DNA of 64,000 bases from Candidatus Poribacteria bacterium (GTDB taxonomy: Bacteria > Poribacteria > WGA-4E > GCA-2687025): positions 1,536,001-1,600,000 of the forward strand of contig OY762492.1 in the NCBI GenBank assembly GCA_963665845.2, read 5' to 3'. Positions 28,403-38,104 of the stretch are shown here, piece after piece. A program made the translations under genes and the position numbers. Each line of letters opens with the position of its first letter. The stretch's first letter is position 1. The notes beneath the pieces are model-generated. The model worked only from the letters and a program-made list of their open reading frames with translations. It ran no database searches and was not told where the DNA came from.

Positions 28403-30016
28403 CTACCGTTCGTCTGTCGTCCGCGGCGAATCCGGCGAGTCGGCTTCCTGCGCAATCGGCGGACGCGGCTCCTCTTTCAACAGCTCCTGAATGGAATTGT
28501 CTTTGATGACGCGCAGCGCCTTCTGCAGCTGCGGATCGTTCGGAAGATCGATCAGCCGCTTAATGCCGACATTGCGGTCGAACACATTTCTTGCCTCGAT
28601 CCGAATGATTTCCTCGCTCAGGTCCATTCCTTCCGCGTCCAGCAGCGCTTTGATTTCTGGGATTTTCGGCTCAAGGAGCGTGAAATCTTTGGGCGTTTCG
28701 CCGTTCCGCCCCTTTTCGTAGTCGGCGATGAACTTCTGAACGTAATCGCTCAAGATATGCGAATCGCGCGCCCGCTGTCGGTGGAACGCCTCCTCATCGG
28801 TCAAAACGGCGTCCTCAATCTCAATATGGGGGCGGATTCCCTCGCCGTCGATGGAGACGCCGTTCGGCGTAAAATACTTGGAGATGGTGAGCGACACCGC
28901 CCCGCCGTTTTCCAGCTTGAAACGTCTCTGGACAAGCCCTTTCCCGTATGTTTTTTCGCCAATCAGAACGGCGCGTTGGTGGTCTTTCAAGGCGCCCGCC
29001 ACAATCTCGGAGCCGCTGGCGCTCCTGTCGTTCACCAGCACTGCCGTTTGAACATTCTTCGGCACGATGGTTCGAGACGTGGCTCTCCGCACATCGTCGA
29101 ACTGACCGCTCTTGCCTTTGGTCGAAACGATGACCACATCCTCCAGGAAAGCGTCCGCAATTCCACAGGCGGTATCCAGCAGCCCGCCCGTGTTGTTGCG
29201 AAGGTCGAAGATGAGCGCCTGGATCTCCGTTTCTTCGCCCGCTTTGCGGAGCGCCTCCTCAAACTCATCCGCCGACTGGCGTTTGAACGTTTCCAATTTG
29301 ACATAGACAATGCCTGGTTCGATCACCTGCGAGTAGACGCTCTTCGGGGCGATCTCATCGCGCACCAGCGTTTTTTTGATCGGATTGGGGCTGTTGCGGC
29401 GATGGATGGTGATCGTAACCGGTTCCCCGACCTTGCCGCGCAGCTTCTCCAATATGTCGTCCATGCTCAAGCCGTTCGGTCCGCCGAGGATAGCCGATTC
29501 GCCCTCGATCTCGGCGATGATGTCGCCCGCTTGAAGCCCGGCGCGGTTGGCGGGCTTGTCGGGAAGGACGGAGCTGATGGTGACGACCGAATGCTCCCCC
29601 TTGTTCTCCGGCCAGATACGGATGCCGAGTCCGCCGAATTTGCCTTGGAACAGGTCCTCTGCTTCGCGCTGTTTTTGAACGGGGCTTTGGTAGAAGGAGT
29701 ACGGATCGTCAAGGGAAGCGACCGCGCCTCGGATGGCGCCTTCAAGCATCTTGTCCGTTTCCACATCTTTGTAGTAATGCTCCCGCGTCAGAAGCAGCGC
29801 CTCCTCCAGCTGCGCGATTCTCTGAAAGAAACTGGACCGGTCGCCGCCCTCAATAGCGGTCGTAGGCGAGTTGATTCCGCTCAACAGATTCACCACTTTA
29901 TGCGCATACATGCGGGCATGGACGCTTTGTCTCAGGAGAACCATCCCTCCCAAAATCAGTATCGTTCCGATCAGTACGATCAACGGAATGCGGCTGCGTT
30001 TTTTCATGTTCTCCAT
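28403..30016 (-). CDS. carboxy-terminal processing protease (S41A, PDZ)
   Basis: LDDPYS, FGGLGI, DLRNNTGGLL, SASGSEIVAGALKD, TYGKG, DPQLQKAL. Confidence 0.93.
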   Translation of the reverse strand: MENMKKRSRIPLIVLIGTILILGGMVLLRQSVHARMYAHKVVNLLSGINSPTTAIEGGDRSSFFQRIAQLEEALLLTREHYYKDVETDKMLEGAIRGAVASLDDPYSFYQSPVQKQREAEDLFQGKFGGLGIRIWPENKGEHSVVTISSVLPDKPANRAGLQAGDIIAEIEGESAILGGPNGLSMDDILEKLRGKVGEPVTITIHRRNSPNPIKKTLVRDEIAPKSVYSQVIEPGIVYVKLETFKRQSADEFEEALRKAGEETEIQALIFDLRNNTGGLLDTACGIADAFLEDVVIVSTKGKSGQFDDVRRATSRTIVPKNVQTAVLVNDRSASGSEIVAGALKDHQRAVLIGEKTYGKGLVQRRFKLENGGAVSLTISKYFTPNGVSIDGEGIRPHIEIEDAVLTDEEAFHRQRARDSHILSDYVQKFIADYEKGRNGETPKDFTLLEPKIPEIKALLDAEGMDLSEEIIRIEARNVFDRNVGIKRLIDLPNDPQLQKALRVIKDNSIQELLKEEPRPPIAQEADSPDSPRTTDER

Positions 30017-30050
30017 CCTGAAAGCGCGCTCGTTCGCGCCGGTTGCCTCT

Positions 30051-30740
30051 TCATGCAATCTGTACCCTGCCTAACTGACGGGCTTCTTTCTCTACCGGCG
30101 AAGCGGCCAACTCGGCGCACCGCCGCGCAAACTCTCCGCTTCTCCCGCAGACAGCTTTCTCCGACTCAAAATCGTCGATCCGAAAAGGCGACTCAAACCA
30201 ACTATAGCAACGCTTCGGAGCCGTGTCGGCTGACAGGCGCAGCGGCTCCGCAAGGCGATGCGTTTGAAGATGAAACACCGCCAGAGGCTCCCGCGGCTTC
30301 CAACGAAAACGCGCCTCCGCAAACTGCAGCGTCCAGATGCCGTACTCCAAGATCGACTCGATGGATGAATGCGCCCAGAACTCAAACACACCCAGCGTCT
30401 CCGCCCAGCCCTCCAGCGCGATCGTCTCCGGCGTATGGACGCCGACGCCCGAACGCTCCGCCTCGTCAGCCGACCGAAGCCGTTGACGCCCGGCGCGCAG
30501 GCGGCTGTACCACGGCTCTTTCAACAGACGCTTCCCTTCGTCCAGCTGCTCATACTGATGCTCGTAGGTCGGAAACAGCCAAAAGCGGGATGCGTCGCGC
30601 AAAAATCGATTCGCCGGCTCATGGATGCCCCCTTTGCGCATCAAAAACGGCAGCCGCCCCATTAGGAGAGCGTCCACAGCCGACTTCCACTCTTTGAGAG
30701 CGAGCCGTTCAGGGTCGTCGTTGTAAGCGGAATGTTCCAT
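30051..30740 (-). CDS. DUF1802 family protein
   Basis: ALKEW..AVDAL..G....LMRKGGIHE, FWLFPTYEHQ, C.SW. Confidence 0.8.
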   Translation of the reverse strand: MEHSAYNDDPERLALKEWKSAVDALLMGRLPFLMRKGGIHEPANRFLRDASRFWLFPTYEHQYEQLDEGKRLLKEPWYSRLRAGRQRLRSADEAERSGVGVHTPETIALEGWAETLGVFEFWAHSSIESILEYGIWTLQFAEARFRWKPREPLAVFHLQTHRLAEPLRLSADTAPKRCYSWFESPFRIDDFESEKAVCGRSGEFARRCAELAASPVEKEARQLGRVQIA

Positions 30741-30770
30741 ATGCGCCTCGCCGCTGTTTATTTTTAAAGT

Positions 30771-31736
30771 CTACACAATTTGACAGCATCCTGCAAACGA
30801 GATTCGCAGCGACGCTTCAAGAGCCGCATGCGCCCCGCGAAACTGCGCGCTCATACGCGCAGGCTCGTCCGTATCCGCATGGCGGTTATTCTGAATATAA
30901 CACGCGACGCGCGTCATGCCTTCGCCTCGGTCTTTCCAAAACGAATCCAGCAAGCGGAGCCGTTCCTCGTCCGCATGCGGTATCGGCTCCCGGCGCGGAT
31001 GAAGCCCGACCCGCTCCCAAGCGTCCGCCAAACGAGACGCCCAATCCAGAGCCGCCGCCTCGTCCGCTGGGCGCGGGAAAAGCTGAACCGCCTCGCCGCA
31101 TTCCCACTGGCGCATCTCCAGCAGATGCGTATAACGGTACCGCGCCGTCAATTCGTCCAGCGCCTTTGAATAGGTCGATCTCCTGGAAACTGCCGGCTCA
31201 ACGTACAGGTCATCCTCTATCTGCTCATAGACGATGCCGACCCGCTGCGGGCTGCGTTCTGACGCTCTCCATTCTGGGCAGCGTCCAAACAGATCCCCGT
31301 TTTCGTCGATTCCCCATGCCCATTTTCGAAACGCGCCGTTGTCGTAGGCGGAGCCGTCCCAGCAGCTTTCGGGGCTTCGCTGACGCCCCTGCGGGTTCAT
31401 GTCCGGCAAAAGAGTGATCAGGCTTCGGCTTAAGACCATATCTTTCGGAATCAGCGAGATCGACTGATCAAGATGACGGCGCGTCAACAGCTGCGAGGCG
31501 GCGTCCACCATCGCGGCGGTCGGCGCCGGCGCATGCGCAAACGGAGCGGCAATCAGCAAACGAAACGGACACTCTTCAGGGTCGGGCGCGGAAGTGAGCG
31601 TCAAACCGAGCGCCTCTCTCCCGCCAAACTGCTCCCATCGATGCAGCTCCGCCGTCTCTGGATACGACTCCGCCCATTTGAGAAACATCGGCTGCCATTC
31701 ATCCGGCCGGCTCGTCCAACATAACGGGGTGAACAT
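30771..31736 (-). CDS. M14 carboxypeptidase-like fold protein with degenerate metal ligands
   Basis: GLTL...LLIAAPFAHAPAPTAA...ITLLPDMNPQGR pattern resembles M14 but HxxE is not intact. Confidence 0.5.
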   Translation of the reverse strand: MFTPLCWTSRPDEWQPMFLKWAESYPETAELHRWEQFGGREALGLTLTSAPDPEECPFRLLIAAPFAHAPAPTAAMVDAASQLLTRRHLDQSISLIPKDMVLSRSLITLLPDMNPQGRQRSPESCWDGSAYDNGAFRKWAWGIDENGDLFGRCPEWRASERSPQRVGIVYEQIEDDLYVEPAVSRRSTYSKALDELTARYRYTHLLEMRQWECGEAVQLFPRPADEAAALDWASRLADAWERVGLHPRREPIPHADEERLRLLDSFWKDRGEGMTRVACYIQNNRHADTDEPARMSAQFRGAHAALEASLRISFAGCCQIV

Positions 31737-31755
31737 AAGTATCTCTCCGAACGGG

Positions 31756-32073
31756 TTAGGCGGGCGGTTCGGGACGGCGGATCGGCTTCGCTTCGCCGCT
31801 GTGAACGGAAGGACGCCGCAGGCGCAAAATCATTTCATACAGCTTGATCCGCTCCATGATGCGCCCTTCTTCCCGCTCCTGTTCATACAGGTAAAAACCG
31901 GCGCCCGCAAAACTCACCAGAAAAAGCGCGAACCAAAGAACCCCCGTCAAAATGGAGCCGAGAGGAGGCCATGCGCCCCGCAGCGCATACGGAACGCACG
32001 ACACGGCGGCGTTCACAAAAAACGAAAAGAAACCCAGCGCGACCGCAAACAACGCGATGAACATCGTCTGCAT
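31756..32073 (-). CDS. small membrane protein
   Basis: Two hydrophobic helices; coupled to the upstream gene. Confidence 0.55.
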   Translation of the reverse strand: MQTMFIALFAVALGFFSFFVNAAVSCVPYALRGAWPPLGSILTGVLWFALFLVSFAGAGFYLYEQEREEGRIMERIKLYEMILRLRRPSVHSGEAKPIRRPEPPA

Positions 32074-32495
32074 TAGGGCGCCCCCTTCAGCCAGTACCCG
32101 TAAATCAGCAGATTTTTAATGTCCCCCGACACCCCCGACACATGCGGCTTGGAGGCGCGGTTTGGGCTAGGTTTCATATTCAGAACGCGCACCGCGTCCC
32201 CTTCCATGCCGATGTTCAGCGTGAACGGCTTATTGAACCGCCCGTTGAGCTCTTTCACCATCTCCCACTTGCTTTCCGGCGTCCGCACCCATACCTGAAA
32301 TCTGCGCAGCGGTTCCCGCGGCACAATCTCCACCTTCCGTATATCCGCCGCTTGGGGCAGCGTCACGGTCGTACGCGGGTACGCCGCGCTTCCAGGCGAC
32401 AGCCCCGACTCCATCGCGCCGTCAGGGTCCAGACGCGGAAGGCTTGCCGAGCAGCCCAAAAATGCCGCCAACGCCATAACGAAAACTGCTCTCAT
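32073..32495 (-). CDS. hypothetical lipoprotein
   Basis: MRAVFVMALAAFLG-C lipobox. Confidence 0.65.
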   Translation of the reverse strand: MRAVFVMALAAFLGCSASLPRLDPDGAMESGLSPGSAAYPRTTVTLPQAADIRKVEIVPREPLRRFQVWVRTPESKWEMVKELNGRFNKPFTLNIGMEGDAVRVLNMKPSPNRASKPHVSGVSGDIKNLLIYGYWLKGAP

Positions 32496-32511
32496 TCTAC
32501 AACCCCGCTGT

Positions 32512-32679
32512 CTGACCTCCTGCGTAAAGTTGGGACATCTGAACGGACAAAGCCTTTATTCATGGGAAAAAAGCGTCGCCATCCAGACCGTCATTCCCGC
32601 GTAAGCGGGAATCCAGAGGCGTCACAGACGACGTCCGCATCCATCCGCCGGCATGTCCCAACTAAAGACGTAAGATCAG
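32512..32679. mobile_element. MITE family B copy 2 (168 bp, opposite orientation)
   Basis: ctgacctcctgcgtaaagttgggacat ... atgtcccaactaaagacgtaagatcag; flanks cgctgt/cgctgc. Confidence 0.82.
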
Positions 32680-32820
32680 CGCTGCCTGCGCCGCCTTAGC
32701 TTTTTAAAGAATAACACATTTGGCGGAGTTGCGCAAAACTTGCCCATCCTCTATACTGCGCCTGCGCCTTTAAGTTGGGACATCGCTGCCCGTAATATAT
32801 AACGTATAAGGAGCGTTCGC

Positions 32821-34023
32821 ATGCCCCCCGTCACGATTCAAGATGTGCGCGTCATTGCGGCGCAGCCCGCCGGCTCCCGCCTTCTCATTGTCAAGGTACT
32901 CACCTCGGAGGATGGCCTCTACGGCGTTGGATGCGCCACCTTCACGCAGCGGTTTCACGCTGTCATCGCGGCGGTCGAGAAACATCTCAAGCCGTTTCTG
33001 ATTGGGCGCGACGTCTCCCGCATCGAAGAGATTTGGCAGATGTCCATGGTACACGGCTATTGGCGAAACGGGCCGGTTTTGAGCAACGCGGTCTCCGGCG
33101 TTGACCAAGCGCTCTGGGACATCAAGGGCAAACGGGCAGGCATGCCGGTCTATGAACTCCTCGGCGGAAAATGCAGAGAAGCGGCTGCAGTGTATGTCCA
33201 TGCCGGCGGAAACTCCCCTGAAGCCGTCTCCGACAGCGTCCAGCGGTTCATGGAGGAGGGATATCGATACATCCGCTGTCAGATGGGCGGATACGGCGGC
33301 GGCGCGCCGCGCATTCCAAAACCGGAAGGCGCCCCCGACGGCGCCTATTACGACCGCCGAGAATACGCCCGCGGCGTCCTGCGCATGCTTGAGCGCGTCC
33401 GAAACGATGTCGGAGAGGAAGTGGAACTGCTCCATGACATCCATGAACGGCTGCACCCCATCGAAGCGGTTCAACTGGCAAAAGACGTCGAACGGTTCAA
33501 GCTGTTCTTTTTAGAAGACCCGCTCGCGCCGGAGGATCTGGACTGGTTCCGAAACATCCGCCAGCAGTGCGCAACGCCCATCGCCATGGGCGAACTGTTT
33601 AACAACCCGCGCGAATGGCAGCCGCTCATCGCCGACCGGCTCATCGATTTCATACGCATGCATGTGAGTCAAATGGGCGGGCTGACGCCGGCGCGGCATG
33701 TGGCGGCGTTTGCGAACATGTTCGGCGTCCGCACGGCGTGGCACGGTCCGGGGGACACCTCTCCCGTCGGACATGCCGCAAATCTGCATCTTGACCTGTG
33801 GGCGCCGAACTTCGGCATCCAAGAATGGTGCAGTTTCAACGATCTCGTGTACGAGGTTTTCCCGGGTACGCCCGAAGTTCGCAACGGGTATATGTATCCG
33901 AACAGCGCGCCAGGGCTCGGCATTGATGTCAACGAAGAGCTGGCGGCGAAATACCCATGCAAGGACGCCGTTGAGCAGTGGACGCAGACGCGCCTGCCGG
34001 ACGGAAGCCCCGCCCGCCCTTGA
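32821..34023 (+). CDS. enolase-superfamily acid-sugar dehydratase (RspA/ManD-like)
   Basis: GCATFTQR, YWRNGPV, DQALWDIKGK, LLHDIHERL, FFLED, MGE, WHGPGD. Confidence 0.92.
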   Translation: MPPVTIQDVRVIAAQPAGSRLLIVKVLTSEDGLYGVGCATFTQRFHAVIAAVEKHLKPFLIGRDVSRIEEIWQMSMVHGYWRNGPVLSNAVSGVDQALWDIKGKRAGMPVYELLGGKCREAAAVYVHAGGNSPEAVSDSVQRFMEEGYRYIRCQMGGYGGGAPRIPKPEGAPDGAYYDRREYARGVLRMLERVRNDVGEEVELLHDIHERLHPIEAVQLAKDVERFKLFFLEDPLAPEDLDWFRNIRQQCATPIAMGELFNNPREWQPLIADRLIDFIRMHVSQMGGLTPARHVAAFANMFGVRTAWHGPGDTSPVGHAANLHLDLWAPNFGIQEWCSFNDLVYEVFPGTPEVRNGYMYPNSAPGLGIDVNEELAAKYPCKDAVEQWTQTRLPDGSPARP

Positions 34024-34051
34024 CGCTGTCATTCAAATCAAGGCTTCTCGC

Positions 34052-34159
34052 TGTCATTCCCGCCCCTGCGGTAAAACGCGCGGGAATCTAGAGTTTCCCA
34101 GACAGCCTTTGCGTTCCAAAACGGCTCTAAAATGAAAATTATCGTCTATAGAGACCGCC
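34052..34159. repeat. MITE family A half copy (inverted)
   Basis: Reverse complement reads ggcggtctctatagacgataattttcattttagagccgttttggaacgc...gattcccgc..gcgggaatgac. Confidence 0.75.
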
Positions 34160-34174
34160 AAAAAACGATTTAAT

Positions 34175-34203
34175 TTGACAACCCCCGCGGCTGCAAGTAT
34201 GCT
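34175..34203 (+). promoter_or_regulatory. sigma70 promoter of the ileS operon
   Basis: TTGACA-17nt-TATGCT. Confidence 0.65.
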
Positions 34204-34232
34204 TTATGTAGGTCGTATCTGAGAGATGGACG

Positions 34233-34325
34233 ATGATGTTTGCAAACCGCGTCAAAACGCTTCGACTTATTGACTGCCCCATTTTGCGGGGCGAAATAGG
34301 CGGCGGGCGGGCAAACAACGGCTAA
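34233..34325 (+). CDS. putative leader peptide MMFANRVKTLRLIDCPILRGEIGGGRANNG
   Basis: 30-codon ORF between the promoter and a terminator upstream of ileS; 3 Ile, 3 Leu and 1 Val codons. Confidence 0.45.
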   Translation: MMFANRVKTLRLIDCPILRGEIGGGRANNG

Positions 34326-34354
34326 GTTCTCTCAGGAATTTCAAAGCATGGTTG

Positions 34355-34390
34355 AAGCCCATCGCCGCTCACAGCGGGATGGGCTTTTTT
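34355..34390 (+). terminator. intrinsic terminator/attenuator in the ileS leader
   Basis: aagcccatc-g-ccgct-cac-agcgg-gatgggctt stem followed by a T run, 25 nt before the ileS ATG. Confidence 0.8.
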
Positions 34391-34415
34391 GTTAAATTAG
34401 GCAAGGAGAGCGCCC

Positions 34416-37400
34416 ATGGCTCCGCGCTTCAAAGAGATCGCCCCAGGCTTGAATCGTCCGCAGCGAGAAGAAGCGGTCATCCAATTCTGGCGCGGCAACC
34501 GCATTTTTCAAAAATCGGTCGACAACAGGCGCGCCGATAAACCGTTTGTCTTCCTAGAAGGACCGCCGACCGCAAACGGAAAACCAGGCGTCCATCATAT
34601 CCTCTCCCGCGCCATGAAAGACCTGGTCTGCCGATACAAAACCATGACGGGACACCTTGTCGAACGCAAAGGCGGATGGGACACGCACGGTCTGCCTGTC
34701 GAAATCGAAGTGGAGAAGGCTCTCGGACTGGACGGGAAAAAAGAAATTGAGCAGTACGGCGTCCGGGAGTTCGTTGAAAAATGCCGCGAAAGCGTCTTCG
34801 CCTATGAACAAGACTGGAAAAAAATCACCGAACGCATCGGCTTCTGGATCGACATGGAGAACCCGTACATCACCTGCCGCAACGAGTACATTGAATCGGT
34901 CTGGTGGATTCTCAAGCAGATGTGGACCGAGGGGCTGCTCTACGAAGGGCATAAGGTTGTGCCGTACTGCCCCCGCTGCGGAACGGCGCTCTCAAGCCAT
35001 GAGGTCGCCCAAGGCTACGGCGAAGCGGAAGACCTGTCCGTCTATGTGAAATTTCGCGCCGAAGAGGACCCGAACCATTTCTATCTTGTTTGGACGACCA
35101 CCCCGTGGACGCTGCCGTCCAACGCCGCCTTAGCGGTGAAGCCGGACGCCGACTACGCCCGCGTCCAATGCGGCGCCGAAACATGGACGCTCGCCGCCGA
35201 ACTCGCCCCGAAGGTTCTGGACGGCATGGACGCGCAGATTGTCAAAACCGAAAAGGGAAGCGAACTGATCGGACGGCGTTATGAGCCGTTGTTCCCGTTC
35301 GCCGGCGACTTTGAAAACGCTTATCAGGTGATCGGAGCCGAGTTTGTGACGATGGAGGACGGAACCGGCATCGTCCATATCGCCCCCGCCTTCGGACAGG
35401 ACGACTACGAGACGGGGCAGGCGCATGGGCTGCCGGTCATCCAGCTGGTGGACGAGGCGGGGCGGTTCATCAAAGAGGCGGAGCCGTGGGCGGGCGTTTT
35501 TGTGAAGGACGCCGACCCAGAGATCGCCGCCGACCTGAAAAAACGGGGACAGCTGCTCAAATCGGAGCGGTACACGCATGAGTACCCGTTCTGCTGGCGG
35601 TGCGATTCCCCCCTGCTGTACTACGCCCGCGCCTCATGGTTCATCAAAACGACCGCGTACAAAGACCGCATGGCGGAGCTGAACGACCAGGTGAACTGGC
35701 GCCCCGATCATATCCGCCGCGGACGGTTCGGCGAATGGCTTCGCAACAATGTGGACTGGGCGGTCTCGCGCGAACGTTACTGGGGAACGCCGCTCCCGAT
35801 CTGGAGATGCGGAGAATGCGGCGGCGCGGAATGCTTCGGCAGCGTGGACGAGCTGAAGGAGCGGGCGGCAAACTTCCCAGACGAGCTGGATCTGCACCGC
35901 CCGTATATCGACGAAATAGAGGTTGAATGCGCCGACTGCGGCGGCGGCATGCGGCGCATCCCAGAAGTGGCGGACGCATGGTTCGATTCAGGCAGCGCGC
36001 ATACCGCCCAGTGGCATGCCCCGTTTGAAAACGAACAGAAACAGCGCGCCAATTACCCCGCCGACTTCATCTCCGAAGCCATCGACCAGACCCGCGGCTG
36101 GTTCTACAACCTGCTTGCGACAGCGACGTTTCTCTACGATGAGACGCCGTTTCGCAACTGCCTCTGCCTTGAGCTGGTTCTGGGCGAAGACGGACAGAAG
36201 ATGAGCAAGAGCCGAGGCAACGCGGTCGACCCATGGACGGTTCTCAACAAGCATGGCGCGGACGCGGTGCGCTGGAACTTCTACACCGCCGCGCCGCCAT
36301 GGCAGCCGCGCATCTACAGCGAAGCGGGCGTCGCCGAATCGCTCAACAAGTATCTCGGAACGCTCCAAAACATGTGCGCCTTCTTTGCGATGTATGCGAA
36401 CGCGGAGAATGTGGACCCGACGAAGAACGCGCCGCCCGTTGAGCAGCGTCCAGCGATGGACAGATGGGCGGTCTCCCGCTTTCATTCGACGGCGCGGGAG
36501 GTTTTTAAAGAGATGGAAGATTATCAGATCACGCGCGCCGCGCGCGCTTTGGATCGTTTCGTGGACGATCTTAGCAACTGGTATGTGCGCCGCTCGCGCA
36601 GCCGTTTCTGGGGGTCGGCGGACGAGGCGGACGCGCTCGCGGCGTTTGCGACGCTGCATGAAACCTTAACGGGGGCGGCGCTGTTGACGGCTCCCTTCAC
36701 CCCGTTTGCGGCGGAAGAAATCCATCAAAACCTGGTACGCGCCGTCAACCCTGACGCGCCGGAAAGCGTCCATCTCTGCGCATTCCCCGCGGCTGACGAA
36801 CGACTCATCGATGCCGATCTGGAGAGCGCGATGGAAACGGCGAGGCGCGTCACGCTCATGGGCAGGGCGGCGCGCAGCGACAGCAAAATCCGCACCCGGC
36901 AACCGCTCTCCCGCATCATCCTCGGCGGATTCAGCGAAGCGGAAAGGGAGTCGATGAACGAACTGACATCCATCGCCCTGGAGGAGCTGAACGTCAAGGC
37001 GGTCGAATGGGGCGGCAATCTGAACGACTTTGCGGCGTATGAAGCGAAGCCGAATTTCAAAACGCTCGGACCGAAGCATGGCAAAGCGGTTCAGCTGATC
37101 GCGCGCGCCGTCCAAACCGCGGACGCGGCGCAGCTGAAACGGGACGCGGACAAACATGGACAGGCGCGCCTCCAAACCGAAGCGGGCGAGTTCGTCCTGG
37201 AGCCGGACGATTTCAGCGTCTCCATGCGCAGCCGAGAGGGTTACGCGGTCGTCTCAAACGGCGCCGCGTTTGCCGCGCTCGATTTGACGATGACGCCTGA
37301 ACTGATACTGGAAGGGCGGGCGCGCGAACTGGTCAACCGCATTCAAGCGATGCGCAAAGAGGAGGGCTTCCATGTAGCAGACCGAATCGCGCTCACCTTT

Positions 37401-37568
37401 GAGGGCGACGGCGACGCGAAACGCGCCTTTGAAAACCTGCAGGGCAACATCATGCGCGAAACGCTGGCTGTTCAGATTGACGACCAGCCGAAAGAAGGGG
37501 CGTATGTCAAAGAAGCGGAGATCGACGGCGACAAGGCGAAGCTCTCGGTGCGGAGGGTGGACGCATGA
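34416..37568 (+). CDS. ileS: isoleucyl-tRNA synthetase, type 2 (GVHH signature)
   Basis: FLEGPPTANG, GWDTHGLPVE, WTTTPWTLP, GTGIVH, YPFCWRC, SRERYWG, DQTRGWF, KMSKS; 1050 aa with an IleRS2-like C-terminus (EGRARELVNRIQ). Confidence 0.97.
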   Translation: MAPRFKEIAPGLNRPQREEAVIQFWRGNRIFQKSVDNRRADKPFVFLEGPPTANGKPGVHHILSRAMKDLVCRYKTMTGHLVERKGGWDTHGLPVEIEVEKALGLDGKKEIEQYGVREFVEKCRESVFAYEQDWKKITERIGFWIDMENPYITCRNEYIESVWWILKQMWTEGLLYEGHKVVPYCPRCGTALSSHEVAQGYGEAEDLSVYVKFRAEEDPNHFYLVWTTTPWTLPSNAALAVKPDADYARVQCGAETWTLAAELAPKVLDGMDAQIVKTEKGSELIGRRYEPLFPFAGDFENAYQVIGAEFVTMEDGTGIVHIAPAFGQDDYETGQAHGLPVIQLVDEAGRFIKEAEPWAGVFVKDADPEIAADLKKRGQLLKSERYTHEYPFCWRCDSPLLYYARASWFIKTTAYKDRMAELNDQVNWRPDHIRRGRFGEWLRNNVDWAVSRERYWGTPLPIWRCGECGGAECFGSVDELKERAANFPDELDLHRPYIDEIEVECADCGGGMRRIPEVADAWFDSGSAHTAQWHAPFENEQKQRANYPADFISEAIDQTRGWFYNLLATATFLYDETPFRNCLCLELVLGEDGQKMSKSRGNAVDPWTVLNKHGADAVRWNFYTAAPPWQPRIYSEAGVAESLNKYLGTLQNMCAFFAMYANAENVDPTKNAPPVEQRPAMDRWAVSRFHSTAREVFKEMEDYQITRAARALDRFVDDLSNWYVRRSRSRFWGSADEADALAAFATLHETLTGAALLTAPFTPFAAEEIHQNLVRAVNPDAPESVHLCAFPAADERLIDADLESAMETARRVTLMGRAARSDSKIRTRQPLSRIILGGFSEAERESMNELTSIALEELNVKAVEWGGNLNDFAAYEAKPNFKTLGPKHGKAVQLIARAVQTADAAQLKRDADKHGQARLQTEAGEFVLEPDDFSVSMRSREGYAVVSNGAAFAALDLTMTPELILEGRARELVNRIQAMRKEEGFHVADRIALTFEGDGDAKRAFENLQGNIMRETLAVQIDDQPKEGAYVKEAEIDGDKAKLSVRRVDA

Positions 37569-38104
37569 AAAAACGACCGGTTGAAGTGCGAATAGAGCCG
37601 ATAGAAATGAAGCATGCGCCGTTCATACAGCGGTATGCGGCGGAAGCCGACATCGCCGCCACAATGCACCACATACCGGATCCTCTTCCAGAAAACTGGG
37701 GGGAGGAGTTCGTTCGCGATGTGATGCGCCGTCGGGCAGAAGACTCCGCTTTTGTTTACGCCGTGTACAACAATGAAACATTTGTCGGCGCGTGCGGCAT
37801 TGGAGCGTCCGAAGAGCGCGCCTATCTGGCTTATTGGATCGGAAAGCCGTTTTGGGGTCAAGGCTACGGATCTGCGGCGGCGTTTGCCGTCTTGAGTCGC
37901 GTCTTTTCAGAACAGGGTTACCCGCTCGTCGCCGCAGGCAGCTATATCCACAACCCCGCCTCGATACGCATTCTCGAAAAATGCGGCTTTCAATATGAAA
38001 GAACCGAGGAGAGAGAACGAGGCGCAATTAACTGGTACCTTTTGAAACGGGACGATTTCAACCGCATCGTTCAAACAAGGGAGAAAAGCGGCGATGAAAC
38101 ATAA
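37565..38104 (+). CDS. RimJ/RimL-type GNAT acetyltransferase, array copy 1
   Basis: YWIGKPFWGQGYG, HNPASIRILEKCGF; ATGA overlap with the ileS stop. Confidence 0.92.
   Translation: MKKRPVEVRIEPIEMKHAPFIQRYAAEADIAATMHHIPDPLPENWGEEFVRDVMRRRAEDSAFVYAVYNNETFVGACGIGASEERAYLAYWIGKPFWGQGYGSAAAFAVLSRVFSEQGYPLVAAGSYIHNPASIRILEKCGFQYERTEERERGAINWYLLKRDDFNRIVQTREKSGDET

Noticed and set aside
28391-30697. 768-aa plus-strand ORF and other long antisense ORFs (e.g. 41241-42818, 49669-51075, 23574-24947)
   Set aside because: Shadow frames opposite well-supported genes in GC-rich DNA, with no motifs
34204-34415. T-box riboswitch upstream of ileS
   Set aside because: No GGTGG.ACC T-box sequence before the terminator and no recognisable stem I motifs
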